Shown: positions 38,406-49,536, counted from the first letter of the stretch. The stretch is DNA of 64,000 nt from an uncultured Bacillota bacterium (GCA_963804645.1 CAWDRG010000010.1:1-64000), one strand, 5' to 3'. Program-made: numbers and translations. Notes: a model not told the origin generated them from the sequence alone.

Positions 38406-39689
38406 GTGATCGATCTCAGACTGCTGCGCGAACAGCCGGACCTCTTCCGCGCCTCGATGACGAAGCGCGGGCTCGACCCCGGCCTTGTGGATCGGGTGCT
38501 CGCCCTCGACCGGACCCGGCGTGAGTACCTGCACCGCGTCGAGGAGCTGCGCGCGGCGCAGAAGCGGGCGTCCGAAGAGATTCCCCGCCTCAGCGGCGAG
38601 GCGCGCAGCACGCGGATCGACGAGATGAAGCGGCTCGCGGCGGAGATCAAGGCCGAGGAACCCGCCCTCGCCGCGACCGAAGCCACCCTGAACGCGGCGC
38701 TGGCACTGATCCCGAACCCGCCGCATCCGTCGGTTCCCGCGGGCGGCGCCGATCACAGCGAGGTCCTCCGCCTGGTGGGGGAGATCCCGGCGTTTCCGTT
38801 CGCGCCGCGGGATCACGTGGAGCTCGGCACGCGGCTCGGCCTCCTCGACATGGAGCGCGGCGCCAAGGTGTCGGGATCGCGGTTCTTCTTCCTGCGCGGG
38901 GACGGCGCCCTGCTCGAGCTGGCCCTGATCCGCTACGCGGTCGACCGGCTGCTCGCGGAGGGCTTCTCTCCGACGATCACCCCGGTGCTCGTCCGCCAGG
39001 AGCACCTCCTCAGCATGATGGGCGGCGCGCTACTCGACGACCAGATGGTATACCGCGTCGAAGGCGAGGACTTGGCGCTGACCGGCACCTCGGAGATGGC
39101 GCTCGGCGCCATGTACGCCGGCGAGATGCTGGACGACTCCGCGCTGCCGATCCGCCTCTGCGGCATCTCGACGTGCTTCCGCCGGGAGGCCGGGGCGCTC
39201 GGCAAGGACACGCGCGGGATCTTCCGGGTGCACCAGTTCGACAAGGTCGAGATGTTCTCGTACTGCCACCCCGACCGGTCGTGGGAGGAGCATGAGCATC
39301 TGCTCGACGTGGAGGAGCGGCTGTGGCAAACGCTCGGCCTGCCGTACCGCGTCGTCAACATCGCCGCCGGGGATCTCGGCGATCCCGCGGCGCGCAAGTT
39401 CGACATCGAGACGTGGATGCCGGGGCGCGGGGATTACGGGGAGACGCAGTCGTGCAGCAACTGCACCGACTTTCAGTCACGCGCGCTCAACATCCGCCTG
39501 CGGCGGCGCGAGCGGGGGACGGAGTTCGTGCACACGCTGAACGGCACGGCGCTCGCGGTGCCCCGGACGATCGTGGCGATCTTAGAGAACTACCAGCAGG
39601 AGGACGGCAGCGTGCGGGTCCCGGTGCCGCTCGTGCCGTACCTCGGGGGGCTGACCGAACTCCGTCCGCGCCCCGCGCCGGGCGGCTAG
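38406..39689 (+). CDS. serS: Serine--tRNA ligase
   Basis: IDLRLLR N-terminus, GTSE, CFRREAG..GKDTRGIFRVHQFDKVE, SCSNCTDFQ, HTLNGT. Confidence 0.96.
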   Translation: MIDLRLLREQPDLFRASMTKRGLDPGLVDRVLALDRTRREYLHRVEELRAAQKRASEEIPRLSGEARSTRIDEMKRLAAEIKAEEPALAATEATLNAALALIPNPPHPSVPAGGADHSEVLRLVGEIPAFPFAPRDHVELGTRLGLLDMERGAKVSGSRFFFLRGDGALLELALIRYAVDRLLAEGFSPTITPVLVRQEHLLSMMGGALLDDQMVYRVEGEDLALTGTSEMALGAMYAGEMLDDSALPIRLCGISTCFRREAGALGKDTRGIFRVHQFDKVEMFSYCHPDRSWEEHEHLLDVEERLWQTLGLPYRVVNIAAGDLGDPAARKFDIETWMPGRGDYGETQSCSNCTDFQSRALNIRLRRRERGTEFVHTLNGTALAVPRTIVAILENYQQEDGSVRVPVPLVPYLGGLTELRPRPAPGG

Positions 39690-39728
39690 CGCGCGCGCCC
39701 GCCGCGCGCCATCACGATCGCGCGGGCG

Positions 39729-40346
39729 CTATCCCTCGGCCGCGACGCGCGGCATCCAGTCCGGCCGTCCCGCTTCGAACCGCACGAGCTCGGCCTCGTG
39801 CTGGAGCGTCAGGCCGATCGGATCGAGCCCGTTGAGCAGGCAGTGCCGCTTGAACGCATCGATCTCGAATCGGTCCCGCCGCCCGAACCCGTCGACGACC
39901 GTCTGGCCCTCGAGATCGACCGTCAGCTGGTACCCCTCGCGCGCGGATGCGGTCTCGAGGATCTCCCGGATCCGCGCCTCGGGGAGCACCACCGTCAAGA
40001 GACCGATCTGCGCCGCGTTGTTCGAGAAGATGTCCGCGAACGAGGGCGCGATCACCACCGAAAAGCCGTAGTCCTGGAGGGCCCACGCCGCGTGCTCCCG
40101 CGAGGAGCCGCAGCCGAAGTTGCGGCCCGCCACGAGCACCGACCCCTCCCGGTACTGCGGCCGGTTCAACACGAACTCGGGGTTCGGGGAGCCGTCGGGA
40201 AGATAGCGCAGGCTCTGGAACAGGACGTCGCCGTAGCCGGTGCGCTCGATGCGCTTGAGGAAGCGCGCGGGGATGATCAGATCCGTGTCCACGTCCGCGC
40301 GGTCGAAGGGCACCGCCACGCCGGTATGGTTGGTAAACGGTTTCAT
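39729..40346 (-). CDS. leuD: 3-isopropylmalate dehydratase small subunit
   Basis: [30 protein letters not shown]. Confidence 0.95.
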   Translation of the reverse strand: MKPFTNHTGVAVPFDRADVDTDLIIPARFLKRIERTGYGDVLFQSLRYLPDGSPNPEFVLNRPQYREGSVLVAGRNFGCGSSREHAAWALQDYGFSVVIAPSFADIFSNNAAQIGLLTVVLPEARIREILETASAREGYQLTVDLEGQTVVDGFGRRDRFEIDAFKRHCLLNGLDPIGLTLQHEAELVRFEAGRPDWMPRVAAEG

Positions 40347-41755
40347 CGCTCGCCCCCCCACGCACGGATGTCCACGAAGTGGCCGGCGATCGCCGCGGCG
40401 GCCGCCATCGGCGGGCTCACGAGGTGCGTCCGGCCCCCGGGCCCCTGCCGCCCCTCGAAGTTCCGGTTGGACGTCGACGCGCACCGCTCGCCCGGACCGA
40501 GAATGTCGGGGTTCATCCCGAGGCACATCGAACAGCCCGCCTCGCGCCACTCGAATCCCGCGCCGAGGAAGATCCGGTCGAGCCCCTCTCGCTCCGCCGC
40601 GGCCTTGACCTGCTGCGAGCCCGGCACGACGAGCGCCCGCACGGACGGGTTCACCTTCCGGCCGTCCGCGATGCGCGCGGCCGCCCGCAGATCCTCGATC
40701 CGCGCGTTGGTGCACGACCCGATGAACACTCGGTCGACCGCGATCTCCTGAATCGGCGTGCCCGGCCGCAGGGCCATGTACGCGAGCGCCCGCTCCACCG
40801 CGGCGCGCGCCCGCGGATCGGACTGCGCGTCCGGATCGGGCACGCGGCCCGTCACCGGCTCGGACTGCGACGGATTCGTGCCCCACGTCACGAACGGCTC
40901 GATCGTCTTCGCGTCCAGCTCGACCCGCGCGTCGTAGGACGCTCCCGGGTCGGTCGGGAGTCCCCGCCAATACTCCACGGCCCGCGCCCACGCCGCGCCA
41001 CGCGGCGCGTACGGCCGGCCCTCCGAGTACGCGAGCGTCGTGTCGTCCGGGGCGATGAGCCCGGCACGCGCCCCGCCCTCGATCGTCATGTTGCAGACCG
41101 TCATGCGCCCTTCCATGGAAAGCGCCCGGATCGTCGACCCGGTGTATTCGACCACGTGCCCCATGCCGCCGCCGACGCCGATCTTCCGGATGATGCCCAA
41201 GATCAGATCCTTCGGCGTGGTGCCCGGCGGGAGCGCGCCGTCCACGCGGATCTCCATCGTCTTCGGCCGCCGCTGGGGCAGCATCTGGGTCGCCAGCACG
41301 TGCTCCACCTCGGACGTGCCGATGCCGAACGCGAGCGCGCCGAGCGCCCCGTGGGTCGCCGTGTGACTGTCTCCGCACACGATCAGCATCCCCGGCAGCG
41401 TGAGCCCCAATTCCGGCCCGATGATGTGCACGATCCCCTGCCGCTGGCTCAGGAGGCCTTCGAGCCGCACCCCGAACTCCGGAGCGTTCCGCTCGAGCGC
41501 CTCGATCTGCTTCTTGCTGATCGGATCGGTGATCGGCTGCGTACGCGGCCAGGTCGGCACGTTGTGGTCGAGCACGGCAAACGTCAGGTCCGGGCGGCGC
41601 ACCCGCCGGTGATGGATCCGGAGCCCCTCGAACGCCTGCGGCGAGGTGACCTCGTGGACGAGGTGCATGTCCACGAACAGCAGGTCGGGCTCACCGTCGC
41701 CGCGGTGCACGACGTGCGCGTCCCAGATCTTTTCCACCAGTGTGCGAGGGGTCAC
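40343..41755 (-). CDS. leuC: 3-isopropylmalate dehydratase large subunit
   Basis: [42 protein letters not shown]. Confidence 0.96.
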   Translation of the reverse strand: MTPRTLVEKIWDAHVVHRGDGEPDLLFVDMHLVHEVTSPQAFEGLRIHHRRVRRPDLTFAVLDHNVPTWPRTQPITDPISKKQIEALERNAPEFGVRLEGLLSQRQGIVHIIGPELGLTLPGMLIVCGDSHTATHGALGALAFGIGTSEVEHVLATQMLPQRRPKTMEIRVDGALPPGTTPKDLILGIIRKIGVGGGMGHVVEYTGSTIRALSMEGRMTVCNMTIEGGARAGLIAPDDTTLAYSEGRPYAPRGAAWARAVEYWRGLPTDPGASYDARVELDAKTIEPFVTWGTNPSQSEPVTGRVPDPDAQSDPRARAAVERALAYMALRPGTPIQEIAVDRVFIGSCTNARIEDLRAAARIADGRKVNPSVRALVVPGSQQVKAAAEREGLDRIFLGAGFEWREAGCSMCLGMNPDILGPGERCASTSNRNFEGRQGPGGRTHLVSPPMAAAAAIAGHFVDIRAWGGER

Positions 41756-41794
41756 AGGGCCTCCTGCGCGGCGGTCTCGGACCGCCGCGGGCGC

Positions 41795-42328
41795 CTACTC
41801 GCCGGCGGCGCGCCGCGCCGCCGGCACCCGGGCGTGGGATCGCATCCGCGGCGACGACTTGCCGGTCTCGCGATCGGCGACTTTGCTCGCGCCGTAACTG
41901 TCCGGCTTGGTCACCGCGGCGTACCCGCTGCCCTGCACCATCCCGACGACCTCGCGGATGATGCGCTTGGTCTCGCCGCGGTCGCCGACATCGAGGTGAA
42001 TCTCGACCGGCAGCTCGCTGACGCCGTTCTTGGCCAGCTCCGCGCTGAGCTGGCTCGCCGTCTCAAGGCTGAGCGACGTCTCGTACAGAATGCGCTGCCG
42101 AAGGCTCTCGATCTTTCGGTTGCGAAACTTGTGGTAGAAGTAGCGGCCGCCCCGCCCGACACGATGGATCACCACCGCGGTCACAAAGCAGGTATCGTCG
42201 CCCAGCAGCGAGTCCGTGCCGATGATCAGATGGTACCGCTGCTCTGGCTGCTCCTGCATGTAGCCGACGAGATGCTGAAACATACGGTCAAAACTCAGCC
42301 GGCCGTGAGTCGGGCTAATGAACTCCAT
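41795..42328 (-). CDS. Ribonuclease H-like YkuK family protein
   Basis: IIGTDS, LRQRILYE, EIHLDVG..G.T, KPDSYGASKVAD. Confidence 0.88.
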   Translation of the reverse strand: MEFISPTHGRLSFDRMFQHLVGYMQEQPEQRYHLIIGTDSLLGDDTCFVTAVVIHRVGRGGRYFYHKFRNRKIESLRQRILYETSLSLETASQLSAELAKNGVSELPVEIHLDVGDRGETKRIIREVVGMVQGSGYAAVTKPDSYGASKVADRETGKSSPRMRSHARVPAARRAAGE

Positions 42329-42519
42329 ACGCTCACCGGGGCCAGTATACCCAAGCGGGAGGCGTCCAGGCAATCCTCGCGGCGGCCCGACGCCTCAGTG
42401 GGCCGGGGACCGGCGCGGGCGGCCCACGAGGGCGCGCGGCGCTCCGCGGGAGGGAAGGCCGCGATCCGGTCTGAAGCACCCTGCAACATCGCGGCGGGTC
42501 GGTCGACGGGGAGGATGTC

Positions 42520-43830
42520 ATGCCCAAGCGGATCACGGTGACGGCCACGGGAGACGCGCTCATCACGCGGCGGATGCCGCCGTACGAGGACGCGGCGTTT
42601 ACCGAGATGCTGCGGCTCGTGCGGTCGGCGGACGCCAAGTTCACCAACTTGGAAATGGTGCTGAGCGACTACCGCGGCACGCCCGTCGTTGAGAGCGGCG
42701 GGATGAACCTCTCCGCGGAGCCCGCCGTGGCCGCCGATCTGATGCAGATGGGATTCAACCTCACCGCGTTCGCCAACAATCATACGCTCAACTACGGCGA
42801 GGAAGGATGCACCGGGACGCTGGACGCCCTGGCGGCGATGGGATTGGTCTGCGCCGGCGCCGGTCGAACCCTGGCCGAGGCGCGGCTGCCCGCGTTCCTC
42901 GAGACGCCGCGCGGGCGGATCGGACTGGTCGCCTGCGCCTCGACGTTCTCGCCGGGACAGCGCGGCGGCGCGCAGCGTGCCGACACGCCCGGCCGTCCCG
43001 GCCTCAATCCGCAGCGCTTCGACACCCTGTACGTCGTCGATCAGGCGCACATGGACGCGGTGCGGCGCATCGCCGAGCGGACCGGCGCCGAACGCCAGCG
43101 GCAGCGCCGCATCTGGATGGGGTTCGAGCACCCGAAAAAGCGCGAAGGGGAGTTCGTCTTCGCCGAGCGCTCGTTCATCGTGGGCGAAGAGTTCGGCATC
43201 CGCACGGAGCCGCACGACGGCGATCTGGCCGCCAACACGCAGGCCGTCGGGGCCGCGAAGGAGATGTCGGACCTGACGCTGGTCAGCATCCACGCGCACG
43301 AGCAGGGCGCCGAGCGCTGGCTGCCGGCCGACTTCATCACGGCGTTTGCCCACGCCTGCGTCGACGCCGGCGCGGACATGGTGATCGGCCACGGCCCGCA
43401 CCTGCTCCGGGGGCTGGAACTGTACCGGGGAAAGCCCATCTTCTACTCGCTCGGCAACTACATCTTTCAGTTCGAGTACCTGCGGCGGCTCCCCGCGGAC
43501 GACTACGAGACCCTACGGGTCGATCCCAGCCGCACGGCGCCGGAGCTCTTTCGCGAACTGTCCAAGAACGACACGCAGAGCTTTGCCGCCGACCGGCACT
43601 ATTGGGAGACCGTGCTGCCCCTCTGCGTGTTCGAAGACCGCCGGCTGGTCCGGATCCAGCTGCACCCCCTGTCGCTTGGCTTCGGCACGCCGTGGCCGGA
43701 ACGGGGCACGCCGCGACTGGCGGCGGCGCCGGCCGCCGACGAAATTCTGGCCGCGTTCGCGTCGCTCTCGCGACCGTTCGGGACGGAGATCACGATCGAC
43801 GGGCAGACCGGCGAGGTACGAATACCCTAA
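42520..43830 (+). CDS. CapA/PGA_cap family metallophosphoesterase-like protein
   Basis: TGD, NLE, ANNHTLNYG, SIHAHE, GHGPH, FYSLGN. Confidence 0.88.
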   Translation: MPKRITVTATGDALITRRMPPYEDAAFTEMLRLVRSADAKFTNLEMVLSDYRGTPVVESGGMNLSAEPAVAADLMQMGFNLTAFANNHTLNYGEEGCTGTLDALAAMGLVCAGAGRTLAEARLPAFLETPRGRIGLVACASTFSPGQRGGAQRADTPGRPGLNPQRFDTLYVVDQAHMDAVRRIAERTGAERQRQRRIWMGFEHPKKREGEFVFAERSFIVGEEFGIRTEPHDGDLAANTQAVGAAKEMSDLTLVSIHAHEQGAERWLPADFITAFAHACVDAGADMVIGHGPHLLRGLELYRGKPIFYSLGNYIFQFEYLRRLPADDYETLRVDPSRTAPELFRELSKNDTQSFAADRHYWETVLPLCVFEDRRLVRIQLHPLSLGFGTPWPERGTPRLAAAPAADEILAAFASLSRPFGTEITIDGQTGEVRIP

Positions 43831-43947
43831 CCCAAGGTGCCACGGTGGACACCGCCCAATTCCGCGCGTCGACGGGAACCTACTGCGGCGGCAGGCCGAC
43901 GACGATCGACATCAGCGGCGGCGCTCGGAACGGTCGCGGCGGGATGT

Positions 43948-44547
43948 CTAGAGGTCTCGGCGGCCTTCGAGCGCGCGGGCGAGCGTCACCTCATCCGCGT
44001 ACTCCAAGTCACCGCCGACCGGCAGCCCGTGCGCGATTCGGGTCACCCGCACGCCGAGCGGCTTCAACACCTTGGACAGGTACAGCGCGGTCGCTTCCCC
44101 TTCCACCCGGGGATTCGTGGCGACGACCACCTCGCGCACCTCGCCGCCCGCGACCCGCTGCAGCAGCTCGGCGATTCTGAGGTCGTCCGGCCCGATGCCG
44201 TCGAGGGGAGAGATTGCGCCCCGCAGGACGTGATAGACACCTTTGAACTCGCGGGTGCGCTCCATCGCCGCGATGTCGCGGGGGTCCTCCACCACGCAGA
44301 TCACGGACCGGTCTCGCTGGCCGTTCGTGCAGAACACGCACGGGTCGGCCTCGGTGATGTTGCCGCACACGGAACAGTGCCTGATGCGGCGCTTGCAGTC
44401 CAGGATCGCGGAGGCAAGGGCCTCCGCATCCTCGTCCTTCATCGACAGCATGTAGAACGCGAGGCGCTGCGCGGTCCTCGGCCCGACCGTGGGAAGCTTG
44501 CCGAGTTCTTCGATCAGCCGCGCGAGCGGGGGGGCGTAGGTATACAT
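43948..44547 (-). CDS. recR: Recombination mediator RecR
   Basis: LPTVGPRTAQRLA, C4 zinc finger, Toprim domain, GGDLEYAD. Confidence 0.96.
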   Translation of the reverse strand: MYTYAPPLARLIEELGKLPTVGPRTAQRLAFYMLSMKDEDAEALASAILDCKRRIRHCSVCGNITEADPCVFCTNGQRDRSVICVVEDPRDIAAMERTREFKGVYHVLRGAISPLDGIGPDDLRIAELLQRVAGGEVREVVVATNPRVEGEATALYLSKVLKPLGVRVTRIAHGLPVGGDLEYADEVTLARALEGRRDL

Positions 44548-44554
44548 CGGGCGC

Positions 44555-44878
44555 TCATCCGCCGAGGCCGGGAAGGTTCGGCAGATTCATCCCCCCGGTC
44601 ACCGCCTTCATCCGCTCCGCGGCCACGTCCTTGGCCTTTCGCAGCGCTTCGCCCGCGGCGGCCAGCACCAAGTCTTCCAGCATCGAGACGTCCTGCGGGT
44701 CGACGACGCTCGGATCGATCGAGATCGACACGAGGTCTCCGTGCCCGGATACCACCGCCTTGACCATCCCGCCGCCGGCCGTGCCCTCCACCCGCTCGTT
44801 CGCCAGCGCTTCCTGGACCCGGGCCATCTCCTCCTGGACCTTCTGGACCTGCTTGAGCATCTTCTGCATGTTGAACAT
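44555..44878 (-). CDS. ybaB: Nucleoid-associated protein YbaB/EbfC
   Basis: AGGGMV, MLEDLVLAA; position between dnaX and recR. Confidence 0.94.
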   Translation of the reverse strand: MFNMQKMLKQVQKVQEEMARVQEALANERVEGTAGGGMVKAVVSGHGDLVSISIDPSVVDPQDVSMLEDLVLAAAGEALRKAKDVAAERMKAVTGGMNLPNLPGLGG

Positions 44879-44920
44879 CGCTCACTCCCGACACAGCATG
44901 ACGGGCAGGACGGACCGGCC

Positions 44921-46672
44921 CTACTCGGGGCGCCGGATCTCCTGCACCGGATTGCCGAACCGACGGACCGCTTCCGAGATCAGCACGTCTTCCCCCGCGG
45001 CCGGCTCCTCCGCCGGGACGTCGGGCGGCGCCGGCGTGTCGTCCAAAGTAAACCGCAGGCGCACGGGAGCGCCGAGCACGCGCGCGAGCGCGTCCTCCAC
45101 AATCATGCGGTTCTTCCGGTCCTGCAGGTTCTCCATGTGGAAGCGGTGGCGCACCCCGAGCACGAGCTCGTTGCCCGCGAACTCCCGCGGCGAGCTCTCC
45201 AGCAGGAACGCGTGCACCGTGCGCGTCTGCGCCTTCACTTCCTCCATCACGCGCCCCCACTTGGTCTGGAGCAGCTCAAAGCTCACCGCCGCCGCGCCGG
45301 CATCCGGCGCGGGCTCGGCCGCCGACGGTGTCGGCACCGCGGCCTCGGGGGCGGGCGCAGGCGCGCGCTCCGGCTCCGCCCGCGCGGGCCGGCGGTCCGG
45401 CGGCGGGTCGCTGCGGCCGGGGCGCGGGACGCGCGTCCGCGGGGCGGCGTCCGGGGCGGCCGGCGGCGGGACCTCGGCCGGCTTCGGCGTCGGTGTCGGC
45501 GCCGGTCCTGCCGCATCGCGCGCCGGTGCTCCGCCGCGCTCCAACGCGGCGACCCGCGCCGACAGCCCGTCGAGCGACGGATCCATCTCCGGGCGTGCCG
45601 CGCGCAGGAGCGCCATCTCGAGTACGATCCGGGGCTGCGTCGTCTGCCGGGCGTCGGCCTCGGCGGCGGCCAGCAGCCGGATCTTCTGCGTGATCGCGGC
45701 CGGGTTGATCTTCGCACTTTGCGCGCGCAGCGACGCGAGCCGGGCGTCGCTGGTCTCGAGAATCCCCTGCGGCTCCGCCACCACGGCCACCACCAGCAGA
45801 TCCCGGAACTGCTCGACGAGCCCCCGCAGCAGCTGCCGCACGTCGCGGCCCTCGTCGACCGCCCGCCCCGCGGCCACCAGGCACCGCGCGGCGTCGCCGG
45901 CGATGATGGCGTCGGCCAGCTCCTGCGTCACCTCTTCCTCGACCACGCCGAGGACGGCGAGCGCGTCCGCCGTCGTCACCGTGCCCTGCCCGAACGCCCC
46001 GAGCTGGTCGAGCAGGCTCTCGGCATCGCGCAGCGCCCCGTCGGCGCTCCGCGCGATCAGGCGCAGCGCGTCGTCGTCGATCGTGAACCCCTCCTCCGCC
46101 GCGATGGTCCGGAGCCGCTCGACGATCGTGGCCTGGGGGATCCGTTTGAACTCAAACCGCTGGGTGCGCGACGTGATCGTCGGGGGCAGCCGGTGCGGCT
46201 CGGTCGTCACGAGCACGAGCACCGCGTGCGCGGGCGGCTCCTCCAGCGTCTTCAGGAGGGCGTTCGCCGCCTCCGTCGTGAGCATGTGGGCCTCGTCGAT
46301 GATGTACACGTTGTAGCGGCTGCCGACCGGCACGCGGGTGATCTTCTCGCGGAGGTCCCGGATCTCATCGATGCCGCGGTTGCTCGCGGCGTCGATCTCG
46401 ATCACATCCAACGACGTCCCGTCGCTGATCGCGCGGCAGTTGACGCACACGTTGCACGGCGTCGGCGTGGGGCCGCGCTCGCAGTTCAGCGCCTTCGCCA
46501 AGAGACGCGCCGTGGTCGTCTTGCCCGTCCCGCGGTACCCGCAGAACAGGTAGGCGTGGACAATGCGGCCCGACGCGATCGCGTTCTGGAGAGTGCGAAT
46601 GACGCGTTCCTGTCCGAACACGTCTTCGAACGTCTGGGGCCGCCATTTCCGGTAGAAGGACACGTGAGACAA
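44921..46672 (-). CDS. dnaX: DNA polymerase III subunit gamma/tau
   Basis: YRKWRPQTF, Walker A GTGKTT, EIDAASN, IIDEAHML, LLKTLEEPP; Pro/Ala-rich linker. Confidence 0.96.
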   Translation of the reverse strand: MSHVSFYRKWRPQTFEDVFGQERVIRTLQNAIASGRIVHAYLFCGYRGTGKTTTARLLAKALNCERGPTPTPCNVCVNCRAISDGTSLDVIEIDAASNRGIDEIRDLREKITRVPVGSRYNVYIIDEAHMLTTEAANALLKTLEEPPAHAVLVLVTTEPHRLPPTITSRTQRFEFKRIPQATIVERLRTIAAEEGFTIDDDALRLIARSADGALRDAESLLDQLGAFGQGTVTTADALAVLGVVEEEVTQELADAIIAGDAARCLVAAGRAVDEGRDVRQLLRGLVEQFRDLLVVAVVAEPQGILETSDARLASLRAQSAKINPAAITQKIRLLAAAEADARQTTQPRIVLEMALLRAARPEMDPSLDGLSARVAALERGGAPARDAAGPAPTPTPKPAEVPPPAAPDAAPRTRVPRPGRSDPPPDRRPARAEPERAPAPAPEAAVPTPSAAEPAPDAGAAAVSFELLQTKWGRVMEEVKAQTRTVHAFLLESSPREFAGNELVLGVRHRFHMENLQDRKNRMIVEDALARVLGAPVRLRFTLDDTPAPPDVPAEEPAAGEDVLISEAVRRFGNPVQEIRRPE

Positions 46673-46792
46673 CGCGGATCATTCACCTCTCGCAGGTCTC
46701 GCGACGTATTCGCCGAACCTTAGGGCCACTCCTGGAGGTGCCGCATTCCGCTCCGACTCTTCGCCGCGATCTCCGCCGCCGCCGCGATCATC

Positions 46793-47629
46793 GTGTTCCT
46801 GGACGCGCGGCCGCGTGTCGGTCCCGCGCGGGCGGCGGCATGGGCGGCCGCCTCGCTGGCCGCCGTGGCCCTCGCCGTCCCGGCCTACCTCGTCACCCGC
46901 CCGTCGCGCGCGGACACGTGGGACGGGGCCGAGATCTTAGGGTTAACGCTGTTCTTCGCGGCGACGATCCCGACGCTTGCCTTCGTCTTCCGCGGCGCGT
47001 CGGGAGACCTCCCGCCCCTGCCCGTCATCGGGGCCCTTGCCGTCCTCCAGAACGCGGTGTTCGCCGGAGGAGCGCTCTACATCGTGCGGATGAAATACCG
47101 GCTCCCCCTCGCCGCGCTCGGCCTCACCGTCGGCCGGTGGAGCCGAACGCTGGTGCAGGGCGCCGCGGCCGGCGCCGCGGCGATCGCCGGAAACAACCTG
47201 GGACAGGCCGCGACCGTCTTCGTGCTCGGGCTCTGGATGGGGCATCGCGCGGCGGACGCCGTGGTCCAGCGGGACGAGCTCCGGACGCCGGTATTTCGCG
47301 TCCTCACGCTGGTGCACCAGCCTCTCGAGCTCGCGGCGATCGTAGTGCTGGTGGGCGTGATCGTGCCGATCGGCGAAGAACTGTTCTTCCGGGGGTTGGT
47401 GTTCGGCGCCCTGCGCCGCCGCCTGAACCGCCATCTCGCGGCGTTCCTGAGCGCGCTGTTCTTTACTGCCGCGCACCTCGAGCCCGCCGCGGCGCTGTCG
47501 ATCCTGATGCTCGGGCTCGTCCTCGCCTACACGTACGAGTACACGGGCTCGCTGCTGCCCGGGATGATCGCGCACGGCGTCAACAACCTGATGGCGCTGG
47601 TCGCCTTCTACCAAAACCCGCCCGGCTAG
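46793..47629 (+). CDS. CPBP (Abi/CAAX-type) intramembrane metalloprotease
   Basis: EELFFRG, F..AH, HGVNN motifs; start uncertain. Confidence 0.88.
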   Translation: MFLDARPRVGPARAAAWAAASLAAVALAVPAYLVTRPSRADTWDGAEILGLTLFFAATIPTLAFVFRGASGDLPPLPVIGALAVLQNAVFAGGALYIVRMKYRLPLAALGLTVGRWSRTLVQGAAAGAAAIAGNNLGQAATVFVLGLWMGHRAADAVVQRDELRTPVFRVLTLVHQPLELAAIVVLVGVIVPIGEELFFRGLVFGALRRRLNRHLAAFLSALFFTAAHLEPAAALSILMLGLVLAYTYEYTGSLLPGMIAHGVNNLMALVAFYQNPPG

Positions 47630-47656
47630 ACGCGGCCGGGCGGGCGGGGAGATCTT

Positions 47657-47923
47657 GGCCGTGCACCCACCGTCGACAACTTCTCCGAGGCGGTCCCCAC
47701 GCAGCCAGCTCCGACCAGGTGTCCCCACGGCACACGAAACGCCTTACGTACCGTTGCTTCCTTCCGGACCTGGCGGGGTTGGTAAGATCTCGTTGCGCGG
47801 GACCCGATCCTCCTCACCGCTTACGCGGGCCGTTCCTCAGAGATGAGGCCTCGGGCGGGAATTCAGCCCCGCTGTAGCGGGTTGCGGGTACAGGGAACCG
47901 CTAGCTCCCCGCCTAGCACGGCC
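47657..47923 (-). ncRNA. ffs: Signal recognition particle RNA, large (Bacillus-type, with Alu domain)
   Basis: 5' GGCCGTGCTAGGCGGGGAG Alu-like start, helix-8 GCCAGGTCCGGAAGGAAGCAAC, 3' GCACGGCC pairing with the 5' end; upstream of dnaX. Confidence 0.95.
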
Positions 47924-47930
47924 ACCTGCC

Positions 47931-47939
47931 AGTATAGCA
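47931..47939 (-). promoter_or_regulatory. Extended -10 (TGCTATACT) for ffs
   Basis: 7 nt upstream of the RNA 5' end. Confidence 0.75.
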
Positions 47940-48024
47940 CAGCCGCCCCGCCGCGCCCGCCCCGTGGGAGATTCGGCCTCGGCCGCCTAATGGAGACCGC
48001 GATCCTGACATCCCAGAGGAGCGT

Positions 48025-48801
48025 GTGATGAGGTCCCGGATGATCCGCGTCCTGCTGGTCCTCGCGATCGCCCTCCCGCTGCCCGCGTCGGCGGACTCGC
48101 CGGCGCGCGTGACCTGCGGGCCGCTCACCGCCCTCACGACGGGACAGAGTCCCGAGCAGCACGTCCGCATCGTGAAGGGCCCGGAGGTGCTCGCGTCGGC
48201 GGCGGAGGTCACGGACGTGCAATGCGCCTCGGGGTTCACCGGTCCGGCCCCGGCCCTGTTCATCACGATGTATACCGGCGGCGAGCACTGCTGCAACGTC
48301 CTTGAAGTGTACGCGGTCGACCCGTTTCGCCGGGTGCTCCGGTACGACAACGGCGTCGCCGGCTGGACCCTGCACCCCGCCGCCCGGGGGACGGTCGCAC
48401 TCGTGCTCAACGACGGCCACTTCGACGGCTACGACGGCCTCTCGCACTCCTACTCCCCCGCCGAGATCCCCCTCGTCGCGTGCGACCGCGGCGGGACGCT
48501 GGTCGATTGCACGCGGGAGTTCCCGGACGTCATCAAGTCCTGCGTCGGTCTCTATGTGGACGCGCTGGGCTATGCCGGCAACAATCCAGAGGACGATGTC
48601 GCCGCGGAGGGCGGAGCGCTCGGCACGTACGCGTGCCAGTTGCTCGGAGGACAGGACTCGGTGGACGCCGTCGAGCGAGCGATCGTCCGTGAGAGCGGCA
48701 ACGCGACCGCCGCACGGCGGATCGCCGCGTGGGTGCGGACCCATGCCGCGGACGTGCGTCAGTGGCTCGCCGTGCGCGGGGCGCGGCTGCTGTCACTCTG
48801 A
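48025..48801 (+). CDS. Hypothetical secreted Cys-containing protein
   Basis: Signal peptide ending PASA; YTGGEHCC motif; GAGGAG RBS; start may be 48028. Confidence 0.7.
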   Translation: MMRSRMIRVLLVLAIALPLPASADSPARVTCGPLTALTTGQSPEQHVRIVKGPEVLASAAEVTDVQCASGFTGPAPALFITMYTGGEHCCNVLEVYAVDPFRRVLRYDNGVAGWTLHPAARGTVALVLNDGHFDGYDGLSHSYSPAEIPLVACDRGGTLVDCTREFPDVIKSCVGLYVDALGYAGNNPEDDVAAEGGALGTYACQLLGGQDSVDAVERAIVRESGNATAARRIAAWVRTHAADVRQWLAVRGARLLSL

Positions 48802-48822
48802 GCCGCGAGGTCCGCGCGGCGC

Positions 48823-49518
48823 CTAGGGGATCGTCCGAGACGGCGGAGGCTGGCCCCCGGACGCGGCCGCCAGGCGCGCCTCGCCCCGGCGCCGTGCCGC
48901 GCGCGCGTACCGCACGGTCCACAGGATCAGCACGAGGGTGATTGCACCCGACTCGATCGGCCCGACGACGAGGGCCTCCGGGATCGACAGGCTGAACACG
49001 ATCAGCACCTTGAGCGCGACCTCCGCCAGCCAGCCGATCCCCCACACCGCCGTCATCACGCGAAACACGTGCCGCGCGGCCGGGATCTGCCACAGCGCGT
49101 CAAACGCCGCCATCCGGACGGGATCGTGCCCCGTCGAGAAGTCGCGGCCGATGTAGAAGAGCAGCGGGCGGGGCGCCCAGAGCGAGGCCAGGCAGACCAG
49201 CGCCACGGCCCCCGTGACGAACGATTCCCGGATCAGAATCAGCCGCGGGCCGCCGCCGAGCAGGGCCGCCACGGCGCCGACGACGATCCCGAGCAGCACG
49301 ATGACGCCGATGATGTCCAGCGACCGGCTGCGCACGATGCTGATCACGTTCGCGAGCGCCGGGAACACGCCCGACAGCAAGAGCGCGACGGTCTGCGACA
49401 TGGCCGGGTCGTTGCGCTGGAGCAGCCGGTAGGTGAGATACGGGCAGACGACGTCCAGGAGCAGCATCGGCGCGAAGGTGCGCAGGCTCAGCCCGCTCTC
49501 CGGGTGCTGCGCGGCCAT
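48823..49518 (-). CDS. VC0807-like integral membrane protein
   Basis: Multiple TM helices; RESFVTG, RPLLFY.GR.F, MTAVWG. Confidence 0.75.
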   Translation of the reverse strand: MAAQHPESGLSLRTFAPMLLLDVVCPYLTYRLLQRNDPAMSQTVALLLSGVFPALANVISIVRSRSLDIIGVIVLLGIVVGAVAALLGGGPRLILIRESFVTGAVALVCLASLWAPRPLLFYIGRDFSTGHDPVRMAAFDALWQIPAARHVFRVMTAVWGIGWLAEVALKVLIVFSLSIPEALVVGPIESGAITLVLILWTVRYARAARRRGEARLAAASGGQPPPSRTIP

Positions 49519-49536
49519 GTGGTGAGGTCTCCGGCG

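Noticed and set aside
42520..43830. CapA as evidence of a poly-gamma-glutamate capsule
   Set aside because: No capB/capC nearby and no membrane anchor; stand-alone CapA-family proteins are common
44921..46672. Programmed frameshift producing DnaX gamma
   Set aside because: No A-run slippery site seen; the Pro/Ala-rich linker is an ordinary feature
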